The notes under the pieces are model-generated. The model had not been told where the DNA came from and did not search any database. It saw only the letters and a list, made by a program, of their open reading frames with translations. DNA of 59,234 nt. Origin: Anaerolineae bacterium (lineage in GTDB: Bacteria > Chloroflexota > Anaerolineae > Aggregatilineales > UBA2796). The stretch lies in NCBI GenBank assembly GCA_034436235.1, contig DAOTWB010000263.1, positions 1 through 59,234 of the forward strand, read 5' to 3'. Position 1 is the stretch's first letter. Each line of letters opens with the position of its first letter. Positions 1 to 9,300 of this stretch are shown piece after piece. The position numbers and the translations under genes were made by a program.

Positions 1-1082
1 GCATCGCGCAGACGGCGTTGCCGAATCACGATGAGCGCGACCACAGGCGCGCCGATCAACGCCGTGATCGCGTTCAAAGGCAGGATGATCTGCCTGCCCG
101 GCACTTGCGCGATCAGATCGGCGAGCATGGCGACCAACGCGCCGAGCAGCATCGCCGTCGGCAAGAGCGCGCGATGATCGGCAGTGCGCAACAATATGCG
201 GCTCAAATGCGGCACGGCAATGCCCAAGAAGCCGATCGGTCCGCAGAAAGCGGTCACAGCGCCTGCCAGCAGCGCCGTGCTGAGGATGATGCCGAGCCGC
301 GCGCGGCGCAAATTGATGCCCATGCTCTGCGCGTAGGCTTCGCCGAGCAGAAGCGCGTTCAGCGGCTTGATCAAGGCGAAGCTGAGCGCCAAGCCGACGC
401 CGATCAACGGCGCGAGAATTGGCAACTGCCGCCAAGTCACGCCGCCAAAGCTGCCGAACGTCCAGTTGATGTACGCCTGAATGCGCTCAGGAATGCTGAA
501 GTAGAGCAGCAAGCTGACCAGCGCGCTGACCGCGTAGCCGAGCATCAAGCCGACGATCAAGAGCGTCAAAATGCTCTGCGTGCGCTGCGCGAAGCTCAGC
601 ACGATGAGCAGCATCGCGGCTGCGCCGAAGCTGGCAGCCGCTGCCAAGCCAAAGTCGCCCAGCAAGCCAATGCCGACCAAGACGCTGGCGCCTGTCGTGC
701 CGACTGCCAGCACCACAAGCGCCACGCCTAAGCTGGCGCCAGCGCTGACGCCTAAGACGAATGGATCGGTCAGCGGATTGCGGAAGAGAGTCTGCATTTG
801 CACGCCGCCCACAGCTAACGCCGCGCCTGCTAAGAGCGCCGTCAGCGCGCGCGGCATTCGGAACTGCGTCACGATAGTGGCATAAGCAGGCTGACTGGTC
901 GCCTGCCCTAGCAGCGCGCGCAACACATCCTCTAACGGCACGCTGACCGAGCCAACTGCCAAGACGAGACAAAACATGCCGCACACGGCGACGAGCAAGG
1001 CTGTGAGGACGATGCTCCGCCTGCCCAAGCGCAGTGCAAGGCGCGCCGATTGCCAAACTTGTGCTTCAGAGTGCGTCGCCAC
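1..1082 (-). CDS. FecCD/BtuC-family ABC transporter permease (cobalamin/iron chelate); 3' end runs off the window
   Basis: Absent from the ORF track because it has no stop in the window. Translated by hand from GTG at 1082: MATHSEAQVW...QFRMPRALTALLAGAALAVGGVQMQTLFRNPLTDPFVLGVSAGA...LNALLLGEAYAQSMG...FCGPIGFLGIAVPH, which are FecCD signatures. Lies directly downstream of the binding-protein gene. Confidence 0.92.
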   Translation of the reverse strand, partial: MATHSEAQVWQSARLALRLGRRSIVLTALLVAVCGMFCLVLAVGSVSVPLEDVLRALLGQATSQPAYATIVTQFRMPRALTALLAGAALAVGGVQMQTLFRNPLTDPFVLGVSAGASLGVALVVLAVGTTGASVLVGIGLLGDFGLAAAASFGAAAMLLIVLSFAQRTQSILTLLIVGLMLGYAVSALVSLLLYFSIPERIQAYINWTFGSFGGVTWRQLPILAPLIGVGLALSFALIKPLNALLLGEAYAQSMGINLRRARLGIILSTALLAGAVTAFCGPIGFLGIAVPHLSRILLRTADHRALLPTAMLLGALVAMLADLIAQVPGRQIILPLNAITALIGAPVVALIVIRQRRLRD

Positions 1083-1097
1083 AGCCTTTTGCCTCGT

Positions 1098-2288
1098 TTA
1101 CTCTAGCTGCCGATAGTAGACCAGCTCATGGTCAGGCAGCAGCTCAGGATGGAAAATCTTGATCAGATCGGCGAGGATCACATGCGGACGAATCACGCCG
1201 CTCTCGAAGTAATCGTTGCCGAAATTCTCATTGGTGCGCTTGTCGTTATTGAAGACCTTGCCGTTCTTGAAGGCGGCGAACTGCGCGAAGCGCGCGTCAG
1301 CTGCTTCGAGGTCTTTCAGCGAGCCGAAGAAACCGACATTCACCCAGAATTCGGCGTCGCTCGCCTTGGCGAAGACGTCTTCGATGCTCAGCGGCAGACT
1401 GCCTGTTGACTCGTCGTCCGCCCATGCGTAGCTGGCGCCCGCGTCCAGCAAGAAGCGCGCGGCGAAGCTCTTGCCGCCAGGTATGTACCAGACATCTTGG
1501 AAAGGCGTGTTGATCAGGACGCTCGGACGCGCGCTAACGCGCTCGGTCAGCGCCACCAGACGCTCATACTCGCTCACCACGCCGTCGAAGTAGGCGTTGG
1601 CGCGCGCCTCAGCGTTGAAGAAGAGCGCAGTGAACTTGATCCACTCCGCGCGACCGAGCGGCGTGTTCTCGGCAAACTCGCCGTTCAGAGCGACCTTGTA
1701 GCCTGCCTCGATCAGCTTGGGATGCGCGTCGTAGTCAGGAAAGCCGCTGCCGTAAGTCATGATTAGATCGGGCGCGGTCAGGGCAACCTGCTCGACGTTC
1801 ACTTGCGCGCCGCTGCCGATCTCGACCAGCTTGCCTGCCTTGCCGAGCGCGATGATCTCAGGCGTCGAGATGTATTGCAGCGTATCCACGCCGACAAGCG
1901 ACTCAGTCACGCCTAGCTCGACCAAGTGCGGCAGATACGTGGTAGACATGCTGATGAGTTTCTTTATTGGAATTTCGACCACGACGGCGTCTTTGAACTG
2001 CTCATCGCTTGGCGTAGGCGCGCCACACTGCACCAATAGGTAAGTGAAGCTGCTCTCAGCGCCTGCCCATGGGCGCGTCACGCGCACCACTTTGTAATGC
2101 TTGTGATATTCCACGCTGAAGCCTGTGGCGAAGGCGATCTGGGTCTTCTGCGGGAAGTAATCGAGGTCAGGATTGAAGCTCGTCAAGCACTCTGTTGGGT
2201 TTGCCTCTTGTCCGCGTGCTGATAGTGCGCCGCTCAGCGCGACTGCCAGCACAAGTGCGATCATCAGGCTGAATTTGAGCATTTTCAT
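1098..2288 (-). CDS. ABC transporter substrate-binding protein, helical-backbone class, probably cobalamin-binding (BtuF-like)
   Basis: N-terminal signal peptide; E..PLGRAEWIKF and DYFESGVIRPHVILADLIKIFHPEL motifs; upstream cobalamin riboswitch. Confidence 0.88.
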   Translation of the reverse strand: MKMLKFSLMIALVLAVALSGALSARGQEANPTECLTSFNPDLDYFPQKTQIAFATGFSVEYHKHYKVVRVTRPWAGAESSFTYLLVQCGAPTPSDEQFKDAVVVEIPIKKLISMSTTYLPHLVELGVTESLVGVDTLQYISTPEIIALGKAGKLVEIGSGAQVNVEQVALTAPDLIMTYGSGFPDYDAHPKLIEAGYKVALNGEFAENTPLGRAEWIKFTALFFNAEARANAYFDGVVSEYERLVALTERVSARPSVLINTPFQDVWYIPGGKSFAARFLLDAGASYAWADDESTGSLPLSIEDVFAKASDAEFWVNVGFFGSLKDLEAADARFAQFAAFKNGKVFNNDKRTNENFGNDYFESGVIRPHVILADLIKIFHPELLPDHELVYYRQLE

Positions 2289-2372
2289 CGGTCAAACATC
2301 CTCTCCCAGCACTATGCGTTGGTTGCTTTGGGCAAAGGATGCACGCGCCATGCTGTTGGCGCGCCGATAGTC

Positions 2373-2395
2373 AAAAAGCCCGCCAAGTGGCGGGC
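2373..2395 (-). terminator. Intrinsic terminator (riboswitch expression platform)
   Basis: Minus strand reads GCCCGCCA-CT-TGGCGGGC-TTTTT, between the aptamer and the binding-protein start codon. Confidence 0.75.
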
Positions 2396-2429
2396 GAGAC
2401 AGCATGGAGATACAGGTATCCATACGCGC

Positions 2430-2600
2430 TCCCCTTTGTCCACGAAGGTGAAACACGGCATACAGTCAAAGCGGGTAATCGGGCTTCGCCTGAGCGCTCA
2501 GGCGTTACCGTTGCGGGAACAGCGTCGGACTTTCACCGATCTTCCCCCGAAGGTCGTGTAGACCTTGCGCCGTGCATCCGGGCAGCGGCGCTCTTTGACC
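2430..2600 (-). ncRNA. Cobalamin (B12) riboswitch
   Basis: Minus strand GGGGAAG-ATCGGTGAAAGTCCGA-CGCTGTTCCCGCAACGGTAA...AAGCCCGATTACC matches the B12-element core. Closing helix GTCAAAG/CTTTGAC (2593-2599 with 2465-2471). Downstream CCTTCGTGGACAAAGG hairpin. Upstream of a BtuF/BtuC-like operon. Confidence 0.9.
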
Positions 2601-2608
2601 TGCACACA

Positions 2609-2637
2609 AGTGTAGCGCTTTCTGAACATTGAGTCAA
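2609..2637 (-). promoter_or_regulatory. Sigma70-type promoter for the riboswitch/transporter transcript
   Basis: Minus strand TTGACT-17 nt-TACACT, ending about 8 nt before the aptamer. Confidence 0.7.
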
Positions 2638-2905
2638 CTGCTCGTCTTTTGAAGAGTGTCAAGGCGAGAGCAGGTGTACCGTCTCTGATCGCTCGTCAGG
2701 TGCGCAGCGCTGTTTTCCTGACTGTCTGAATGAACAAGCATTTGGTAGTCCATCAGCAATGTGGTATGCTCTAAGGCAATTCAGCACGCCGCGCAGCTGG
2801 TTTGGCAAATTTTCCGCGCCGAGCGTCTCTCAGCTCGGCTAAGCGCACGTTCAGCCTATTGGCGCGCAGCGCGTGATTTTCGTCACGGGCAATGAGGAAT
2901 GGTAA

Positions 2906-3883
2906 ATGTCCGAGCTAACCAAAACATTGACCAGAGCAGAGCTTATTGAAGTCTACCACCAGATGGTGCTCATCCGTCGCTTCGAGGAGAAGTGCAAGGA
3001 ACTCTACAACGCGCGCAAGATCGGCGGCGTGTACTTGCATCTCTACAACGGGCAGGAAGCGACGGGCGTTGGCGCTATCAAGGCGCTCAAGCCGACCGAT
3101 CACGTCATCACTGCTTATCGCGATCACGGCATTGCCATTGCCAAAGGCGCAGACGTGAATCGGCTGATGGCGGAGATGTTCGGCAAGCGCACAGGCGTCA
3201 GCGGCGGCAAGGGCGGCTCAATGCACTTGGCGGATGCGAGCGTGCGGATGTGGGGTGGCTATGCAATTGTCGGCGGTCACTTGCCGCTGGCGGCAGGCAT
3301 CGCGCTGAAATCGAAGTACAGCGATGACGGCGACGTGGTCTTGTGCTTCATCGGCGATGGCGCAACCAACAACGGCTATTTCCACGAAGCGCTCAATCTG
3401 TCCGCCGTCTGGGACTTGCCCGTCATCTGGTTGATCGAGAACAATTTGTACGGCATGGGCACGCCTGTGGAAGTCTCAAGCGGTCAGCCTGAGCTGCACA
3501 AGCGCGCCATCGCCTATGGCATGAAGGACTTCGGGCGCGTAGACGGCATGGACTTCTTCGCAGTTTACGAAGTGGCGCAGCAAGCGGTTGAGTACGCGCG
3601 CACAACCGGACCTGTCCTGATTGAGGCGATCACATACCGCTATGAAGGGCATGGCGTCTCGGATCGCATTTACATGAAGCGCGTTGAAGAGATGCAGACC
3701 TACCAGCAGCGCGATCCGCTGATTGTGATGGAGAAAAAGCTGCGCGAGCTGTTCCCGGATATCGAGCCTGAGCTGGCGCAGATCGAGCCTGCAGTGGCTG
3801 CTACCATCCAGGAAGCCGTCCGCTTTGCCGAAGAGAGTCCTGTGCCAACTGCCGAAGACCTGACGCGCAACGTTTACGCCTGA
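2906..3883 (+). CDS. pdhA: Pyruvate dehydrogenase E1 alpha subunit
   Basis: YLHLYNGQEA, GKGGSMH, TPP-binding GDGATNNGYFHEALN..ENNLY; followed by E1 beta and E2. Confidence 0.9.
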   Translation: MSELTKTLTRAELIEVYHQMVLIRRFEEKCKELYNARKIGGVYLHLYNGQEATGVGAIKALKPTDHVITAYRDHGIAIAKGADVNRLMAEMFGKRTGVSGGKGGSMHLADASVRMWGGYAIVGGHLPLAAGIALKSKYSDDGDVVLCFIGDGATNNGYFHEALNLSAVWDLPVIWLIENNLYGMGTPVEVSSGQPELHKRAIAYGMKDFGRVDGMDFFAVYEVAQQAVEYARTTGPVLIEAITYRYEGHGVSDRIYMKRVEEMQTYQQRDPLIVMEKKLRELFPDIEPELAQIEPAVAATIQEAVRFAEESPVPTAEDLTRNVYA

Positions 3884-3909
3884 TACACTGCAAAGGACGA
3901 TGCTGGAGC

Positions 3910-4890
3910 ATGGCAGAGAAGAATATTCCAATGCGCGAGGCGTTACGCGCTGCCTTGCGCGAAGAGATGATCCGCGACGAGCGCGTATTCGTGATGGGAC
4001 AAGAAGTGGGCGCTTGGGAAGGCACACACAAGGTCACGCGCGGCTTCTTGGACGAGTTCGGCGCGCGCCGTGTGCGCGATACGCCGATCAGCGAGATGGC
4101 GATCGCAGGCGCGGCGGTCGGCGCGGCGATGGCAGGCTTGCGTCCAGTGGCGGAGATCATGACCATCAATTTCGCCTTCCTCGCCTTCGACGCGCTGATC
4201 AATCACGCTGCCAAAGTGCGCTATATGTTCGATGGTCAGTTCAAAGCGCCGATGGTCTTGCGCGCAGCCACAGGCTGGGGCAATCAAGCGACGGCGACGC
4301 ACTCGCACACGCCTGAGCCGATCTTCGCGCACTTCCCAGGACTGTATCTCGGCTGTCCGTCCACGCCTGCCGATGCCAAAGGCATGTTGAAGGCGGCGAT
4401 TCGGGATGACAATCCTGTGCTGTTCACAGAGGTGATCGCGCTCTATCCAAAGCCGGGCTTGGTGCCAGACGATCCTGATTTTGTGCTGCCAATCGGCAAA
4501 GGCGATATCAAGCGCGCAGGCAAAGACGTGACAATTGTGAGCTATGGGCGCGGCGTGGAATGGTCGCTGGACGCGGCTGAGATGCTGGCGCGGGAAGGTA
4601 TCTCGTGCGAAGTGATAGACGTGCGCTGGCTGCGTCCGCTGGACTTGCCATTGATTTTCGAGAGCTTCAAGAAGACCAATCGCTGCGTAGTCGTTGAGGA
4701 ATCGCTGCCGTTCTACAGCTTCGGCAGCGAGATTGCAGCGCAATTGCAAGAGCATATGTTCGACTACATGGATGCGCCGATCAAGCGCGTCAGCGCGATG
4801 GATGTGCCATTGCCTTACGCTAAAGAGATCGAGCTGATGGCGCTGCCTGATGCGCACAAAGTAGTCGCAGCGGTCAAGGAAATCATCTGA
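3910..4890 (+). CDS. pdhB: Pyruvate dehydrogenase E1 beta subunit
   Basis: RVRDTPISEMAIAGAAVGAAMAGLRPVAEIM, DAKGMLKAAIRDDNPVLF, DAPIKRV. Confidence 0.9.
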   Translation: MAEKNIPMREALRAALREEMIRDERVFVMGQEVGAWEGTHKVTRGFLDEFGARRVRDTPISEMAIAGAAVGAAMAGLRPVAEIMTINFAFLAFDALINHAAKVRYMFDGQFKAPMVLRAATGWGNQATATHSHTPEPIFAHFPGLYLGCPSTPADAKGMLKAAIRDDNPVLFTEVIALYPKPGLVPDDPDFVLPIGKGDIKRAGKDVTIVSYGRGVEWSLDAAEMLAREGISCEVIDVRWLRPLDLPLIFESFKKTNRCVVVEESLPFYSFGSEIAAQLQEHMFDYMDAPIKRVSAMDVPLPYAKEIELMALPDAHKVVAAVKEII

Positions 4891-4904
4891 GAGAGGCGGT
4901 TGCT

Positions 4905-6173
4905 ATGGCTGAAGTGGTGAAAATGCCAATGCTTGGCGCGACGATGCAGGAAGGCACTTTCGTCAATTGGACGAAAGACATCGGGCAGCGCGTCCAAGCC
5001 GGCGAAGTGATCGCCGAAGTTGAGGCGGATAAGGCGACGATTGAGATTGAGTCGCCGTTCAGCGGCGTGTTGGTGGAAAAATTGGTCAGCGCAGGCGACG
5101 TAGTGAGCGTCGGGATGCCTTTGGCGCACATCGAGACAGCGAACGGCGGCGCTGCGCCTGCTGCGAAGCCTGCTGCCATCGCTGAGAGCGCACCGAGCGC
5201 GTCCGCTGCGAAGCCTGAGCCTGTCACGGCGTCTGCGCTTGTGGCAGCTTCAAACGCGCCCGCTGAGTTTGATCCACACTTGCCTGATGGCGTGCGCGCC
5301 AGTCCGTTAGCGCGGCGCATCGCGCGCGAGCGCGGCATTGATCTGCACGCAGTGCGCGGTACCGGACCGAGCGGACGCATCACCAAAGCGGACGTTGAGC
5401 GCTTTGTGCCGACTGCCGTCCAGCAGGTCGCCGAGACGCTCAGCGCGCCTGCCAAAGCGCCGCAGCGCGTCCTGCCGAGCGGCGAAGGCATTGCGCACGA
5501 GCCTGTCTCGCGGATGCGGCAGCGCATTGCAGCGCGCACAGTGGAGAGCAAGACGACCATTCCACATTTCTACCTGACGAGCGAAGTGGATATGGCGGCG
5601 GCGCTGACCTTGCGCAAGCAGATCAACGACGGCTTGGCGGATGATGAGAAAGTGACCGTGAACGACTTGATCGTGAAAGCGGTCGCTTTGGCGCTGCGCA
5701 AGTTTCCGAACTTGAACAGCCATTTCTATGGCGATACGCTCGTGCGCTATCAGTACATCAACATCGGCATTGCGGTCGCGCTGCCGGAAGGCGGCTTGGT
5801 GAACGTGGTGGCGCGCAACGCCGATCAGCTCTCGATCTCACAGCTTGCCAAGCGCAACAAGGCGATGTTCGCCAACGTCCGCGAAGGCAAAATCAAGCCT
5901 GAGGATATCGAAGGCGCTACCTTCACGGTCAGCAACCTAGGCGCTTACGATGTGGAGCATTTTCAGGCGATCATCAGTCCGCCGGAAGCGGCTATTCTCG
6001 CTGTCGGCGCGATCAAGCAGGTGCCAGTGGTCGTCAACGACGAGATCAGGATCGGCACGCGCATGAAGCTCTCGCTGAGCGTGGATCATCGCGTGAGCGA
6101 CGGCGCGGAAGGCGCGTTGTTCCTGAAGGCGCTGCGCGAATTGCTAGAAAATCCGATGCGCCTGCTCGTCTGA
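4905..6173 (+). CDS. pdhC: Dihydrolipoamide acetyltransferase (E2) with one lipoyl domain
   Basis: Lipoyl motif EVEADKATIE, E3-binding ASPLARRIARERGIDL..GTGPSGRI, catalytic DHRVSDG. Confidence 0.92.
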   Translation: MAEVVKMPMLGATMQEGTFVNWTKDIGQRVQAGEVIAEVEADKATIEIESPFSGVLVEKLVSAGDVVSVGMPLAHIETANGGAAPAAKPAAIAESAPSASAAKPEPVTASALVAASNAPAEFDPHLPDGVRASPLARRIARERGIDLHAVRGTGPSGRITKADVERFVPTAVQQVAETLSAPAKAPQRVLPSGEGIAHEPVSRMRQRIAARTVESKTTIPHFYLTSEVDMAAALTLRKQINDGLADDEKVTVNDLIVKAVALALRKFPNLNSHFYGDTLVRYQYINIGIAVALPEGGLVNVVARNADQLSISQLAKRNKAMFANVREGKIKPEDIEGATFTVSNLGAYDVEHFQAIISPPEAAILAVGAIKQVPVVVNDEIRIGTRMKLSLSVDHRVSDGAEGALFLKALRELLENPMRLLV

Positions 6174-6253
6174 GCGCGCTGATAGCGCTAGAAACATGCC
6201 GCTGCGCTGCGCTTATGCGCCGTGCAGCGGTGCGTTTTCTCCAACCTGCTCCT

Positions 6254-6275
6254 GAACGTCCGTTCGTGTTACAAT
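6254..6275 (+). promoter_or_regulatory. Putative LexA (SOS) box GAAC-N4-GTTC next to the extended -10 of the dnaE promoter
   Basis: GAACGTCCGTTC (6254-6265), then TG-T-TACAAT (6267-6275), about 40 nt upstream of the dnaE ATG. Confidence 0.55.
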
Positions 6276-6313
6276 AGCTATACTTGCGAAGACTGAGCAT
6301 AGGATTGTGCGCT

Positions 6314-9300
6314 ATGTGCCAAGCGCGGGATGACTCTGTCGGCTCAGCTGCCGCGCCTGAGCTGACGCCAGAGCAACGTCAGGACTTCGTGCATTTGCAC
6401 GTGCATACCGAATACAGTCTGCTGGATGGCTTGAGCAAGATTGACAAGCTAGTCAAGCGTGCGAAGGCGTTGAATATGCGCGCGCTCGCCATCACAGATC
6501 ACGGCACGATGTTCGGCGCCATCAGCTTCTACAACGCTTGCAAAGCAGCAGGCATCAAGCCGATCATTGGTATTGAAGCGTACTTGGCAAAGCAGAGTAT
6601 GCACGTCCACGATCCGAGCGAGAAATCGCCTTATCACTTGCTACTGTTGGCGCGCAATCGCACCGGCTACCGAAACCTGCTCAAAATTGCCACGGCGGCG
6701 CAGCTGGAAGGCTTCTACAACCGTCCGCGCGTTGATAAAGAATTCCTCGCGGCGCACGCCGATGGTCTGATTTGCACGTCAGGTTGCTTATCGGCTGAGA
6801 TTCCGCATATGGTGAGCGAAGGACGCGAGCAGGAAGCGCGGCGCGCCATCGGCTGGTATCAAGATGTCTTCGGCAAGGAGAACTTCTTCTTAGAGCTGCA
6901 GCATCACGCCATTCCTGATCTGCACGCGCTGAATCGATGGTTGGTGGCGAATCGCAGCTATGCCGATACGCCGCTGCTCGCCACGAACGATGTGCATTAC
7001 GTGCTTGAAAGCGACTTTGAAGCGCACGACACGCTTTTGTGCATTCAGACAGGCGCGCGCAAGAGCGACGTCAAGCGCATGAAAATGACCGATGCCAGCT
7101 ATCATCTGCGCTCAGGCGCTGAGATGTGGCAGCTCTTCGGCACGGATGAGGTGATCAAGCGCGCGCTGCTGAACACGCTGTTGGTCGCTGAGATGTGCGA
7201 CGATCCGCGCCTTGAGCGCGAGAAGTATCACCTGCCGATCTTCCCTGTGCCGCAAGGCTACAACGCTGAGTCGTATTTGCGCCACTTGGCGGAAAAAGGT
7301 CTGCGCTGGCGTTTTGGCGCAGATGCTGAGCGCGCAGAGATCAAAGCGCGCCTTGACCATGAGCTGAGCGTGATCCACGAACTCGGCTTCGACACATACT
7401 TTTTGATCGTCTGGGACTTGTGCCAATACGCGCGCTTCGCCGATATTTGGTGGAATGTGCGCGGCTCGGCAGCAGGCTCGCTAGTGGCATATACGCTGGG
7501 CATCACCAGCATCGATCCGCTCAGCAACGGGCTGATCTTCGAGCGTTTCTTGAATCGCGGGCGCGCCACGATGCCCGATATTGACATAGACTTTCCCGAT
7601 GATCGGCGCGCTGAGATGATCGCCTATGCGCGCAACAAATACGGCTCGGATCGCGTGGCTGCTATCATCACTTTCGGCACGCTTAAGGCACGCGCCGCTA
7701 TCAAGGATGTCGGTCGCGTGCTAGGCGTTGAGCTGACCAAGGTCAACCAACTGACCGCGCTTGTGCCGAACATTCCTAGCAAGCCTGTCACGCTCGCCGA
7801 TTGTCTTGGCGACGATCCTGAGAAGGCTGTGCCTGAGCTGAAAGAGCGCTACAACGCCGACTCAGAAGTGCGCCAGCTGTTGGACACTGCGCTGACCGTC
7901 GAAGGCGTCGCGCGCAACGCAGGCACGCACGCTGCAGGCATCATCATCACGCCTGAGCCGCTCGTCGAGTATCTGCCGCTGCATCGTCCGATCGGCGAAT
8001 CGCCCGTCGAGCAGATCACGCAGTTCAGCATGGAAACCTGCGAAGCGATCGGCTTGCTCAAAGTGGACTTCTTAGGACTTGCCACGCTGACCATCATGCG
8101 GCGCGCTTGTGAGCTGATCGCAGAGCATCACGGCGTCCATTTCACGATGGAGAACATCCCATACCGCCCTGATCCAAACGATCCTGAGCAGGCGCAGCGC
8201 GTGGCGAAGCTCTTCGAGCTGATCGGCAACGGCGAGACGACCGGCGTCTTCCAGTTAGAGAGCGGCGGCATGAAGAAGCTATTGGTCAGCATGAAGCCGA
8301 AGACCTTTGAGCATATCGTGGCAGCCATCTCGCTCTATCGTCCCGGCCCGATGGAATTGATCCCGACCTACATCCGCCGTATGCACGGTCAAGAGCCTGT
8401 GCGCTACCATCATCCGAAGCTAGAGCCGATCCTGAGCGAGACGTACGGCATTTGCGTGTATCAAGAGCAAATCCAACAGATCGCCGCTGAGCTGTTCGGC
8501 TACACGCTCAGCGAAGCCGACACAATGCGCCGCGCCGTCTCTAAGAAGAAGAAAAAAGACCTTGAAGAGCATCGCGAGAAGTTCATCCAACGCGGTCCTG
8601 AGCATGGCGTCTCGGCTGAGGTCGCTGAACGCATCTTCGCCGATATCGAGTTCTTCGCCGCCTATGGCTTCAACAAGGCGCACGCCGCCGATTACGCCGT
8701 CCTGACCTGCCAGACGGCTTATCTCAAAGCGCATTATCCCGTCGAATACTACACTGCCTTGCTCAGCGTGCAGCGGCACAACAGCGACGACGTCGCGCTC
8801 TTCATCGCCGATTGCCGCCGTTACGGCATTCCGATCCTGCCGCCTGACGTGAATGCCAGCGCCATTGACTTCGTGATCGAGCGCCTCGCCGATGGTCAGC
8901 GCGGCATTCGCTTCGGCTTGAGCGCCGTCAAAAATGTTGGCGAGAAGGCTGTGGAGCAAATTCTCGCCGCGCGCGCCGCAGGCGGACGCTTCGCCGATCT
9001 GGTGGATTTCAGCCGCCGCGTGGACTTGCGCATCATCGGCAAGCGCGCTCTGGAATGCCTCGCCAAAGTTGGCGCGTTCGACTCGCTGGTGAACGGCGCG
9101 CGCGAAGTAGCGGTCGCCGCCGTTGAGCGCATGTATGCTTACAGCGATGAGTATCATCGCGCCATAGAGCGCGGGCAGTTCAGCTTATTCGGCGGCGAGA
9201 CCGATAGCGGCTTCGCGCTGCCTGCGCCTGAAGCGAACGGCGACGCCAAAGCGCGTCTGAAGAAGCGTTGGCAATGGGAAAAAGAGCTGATCGGACTGTA

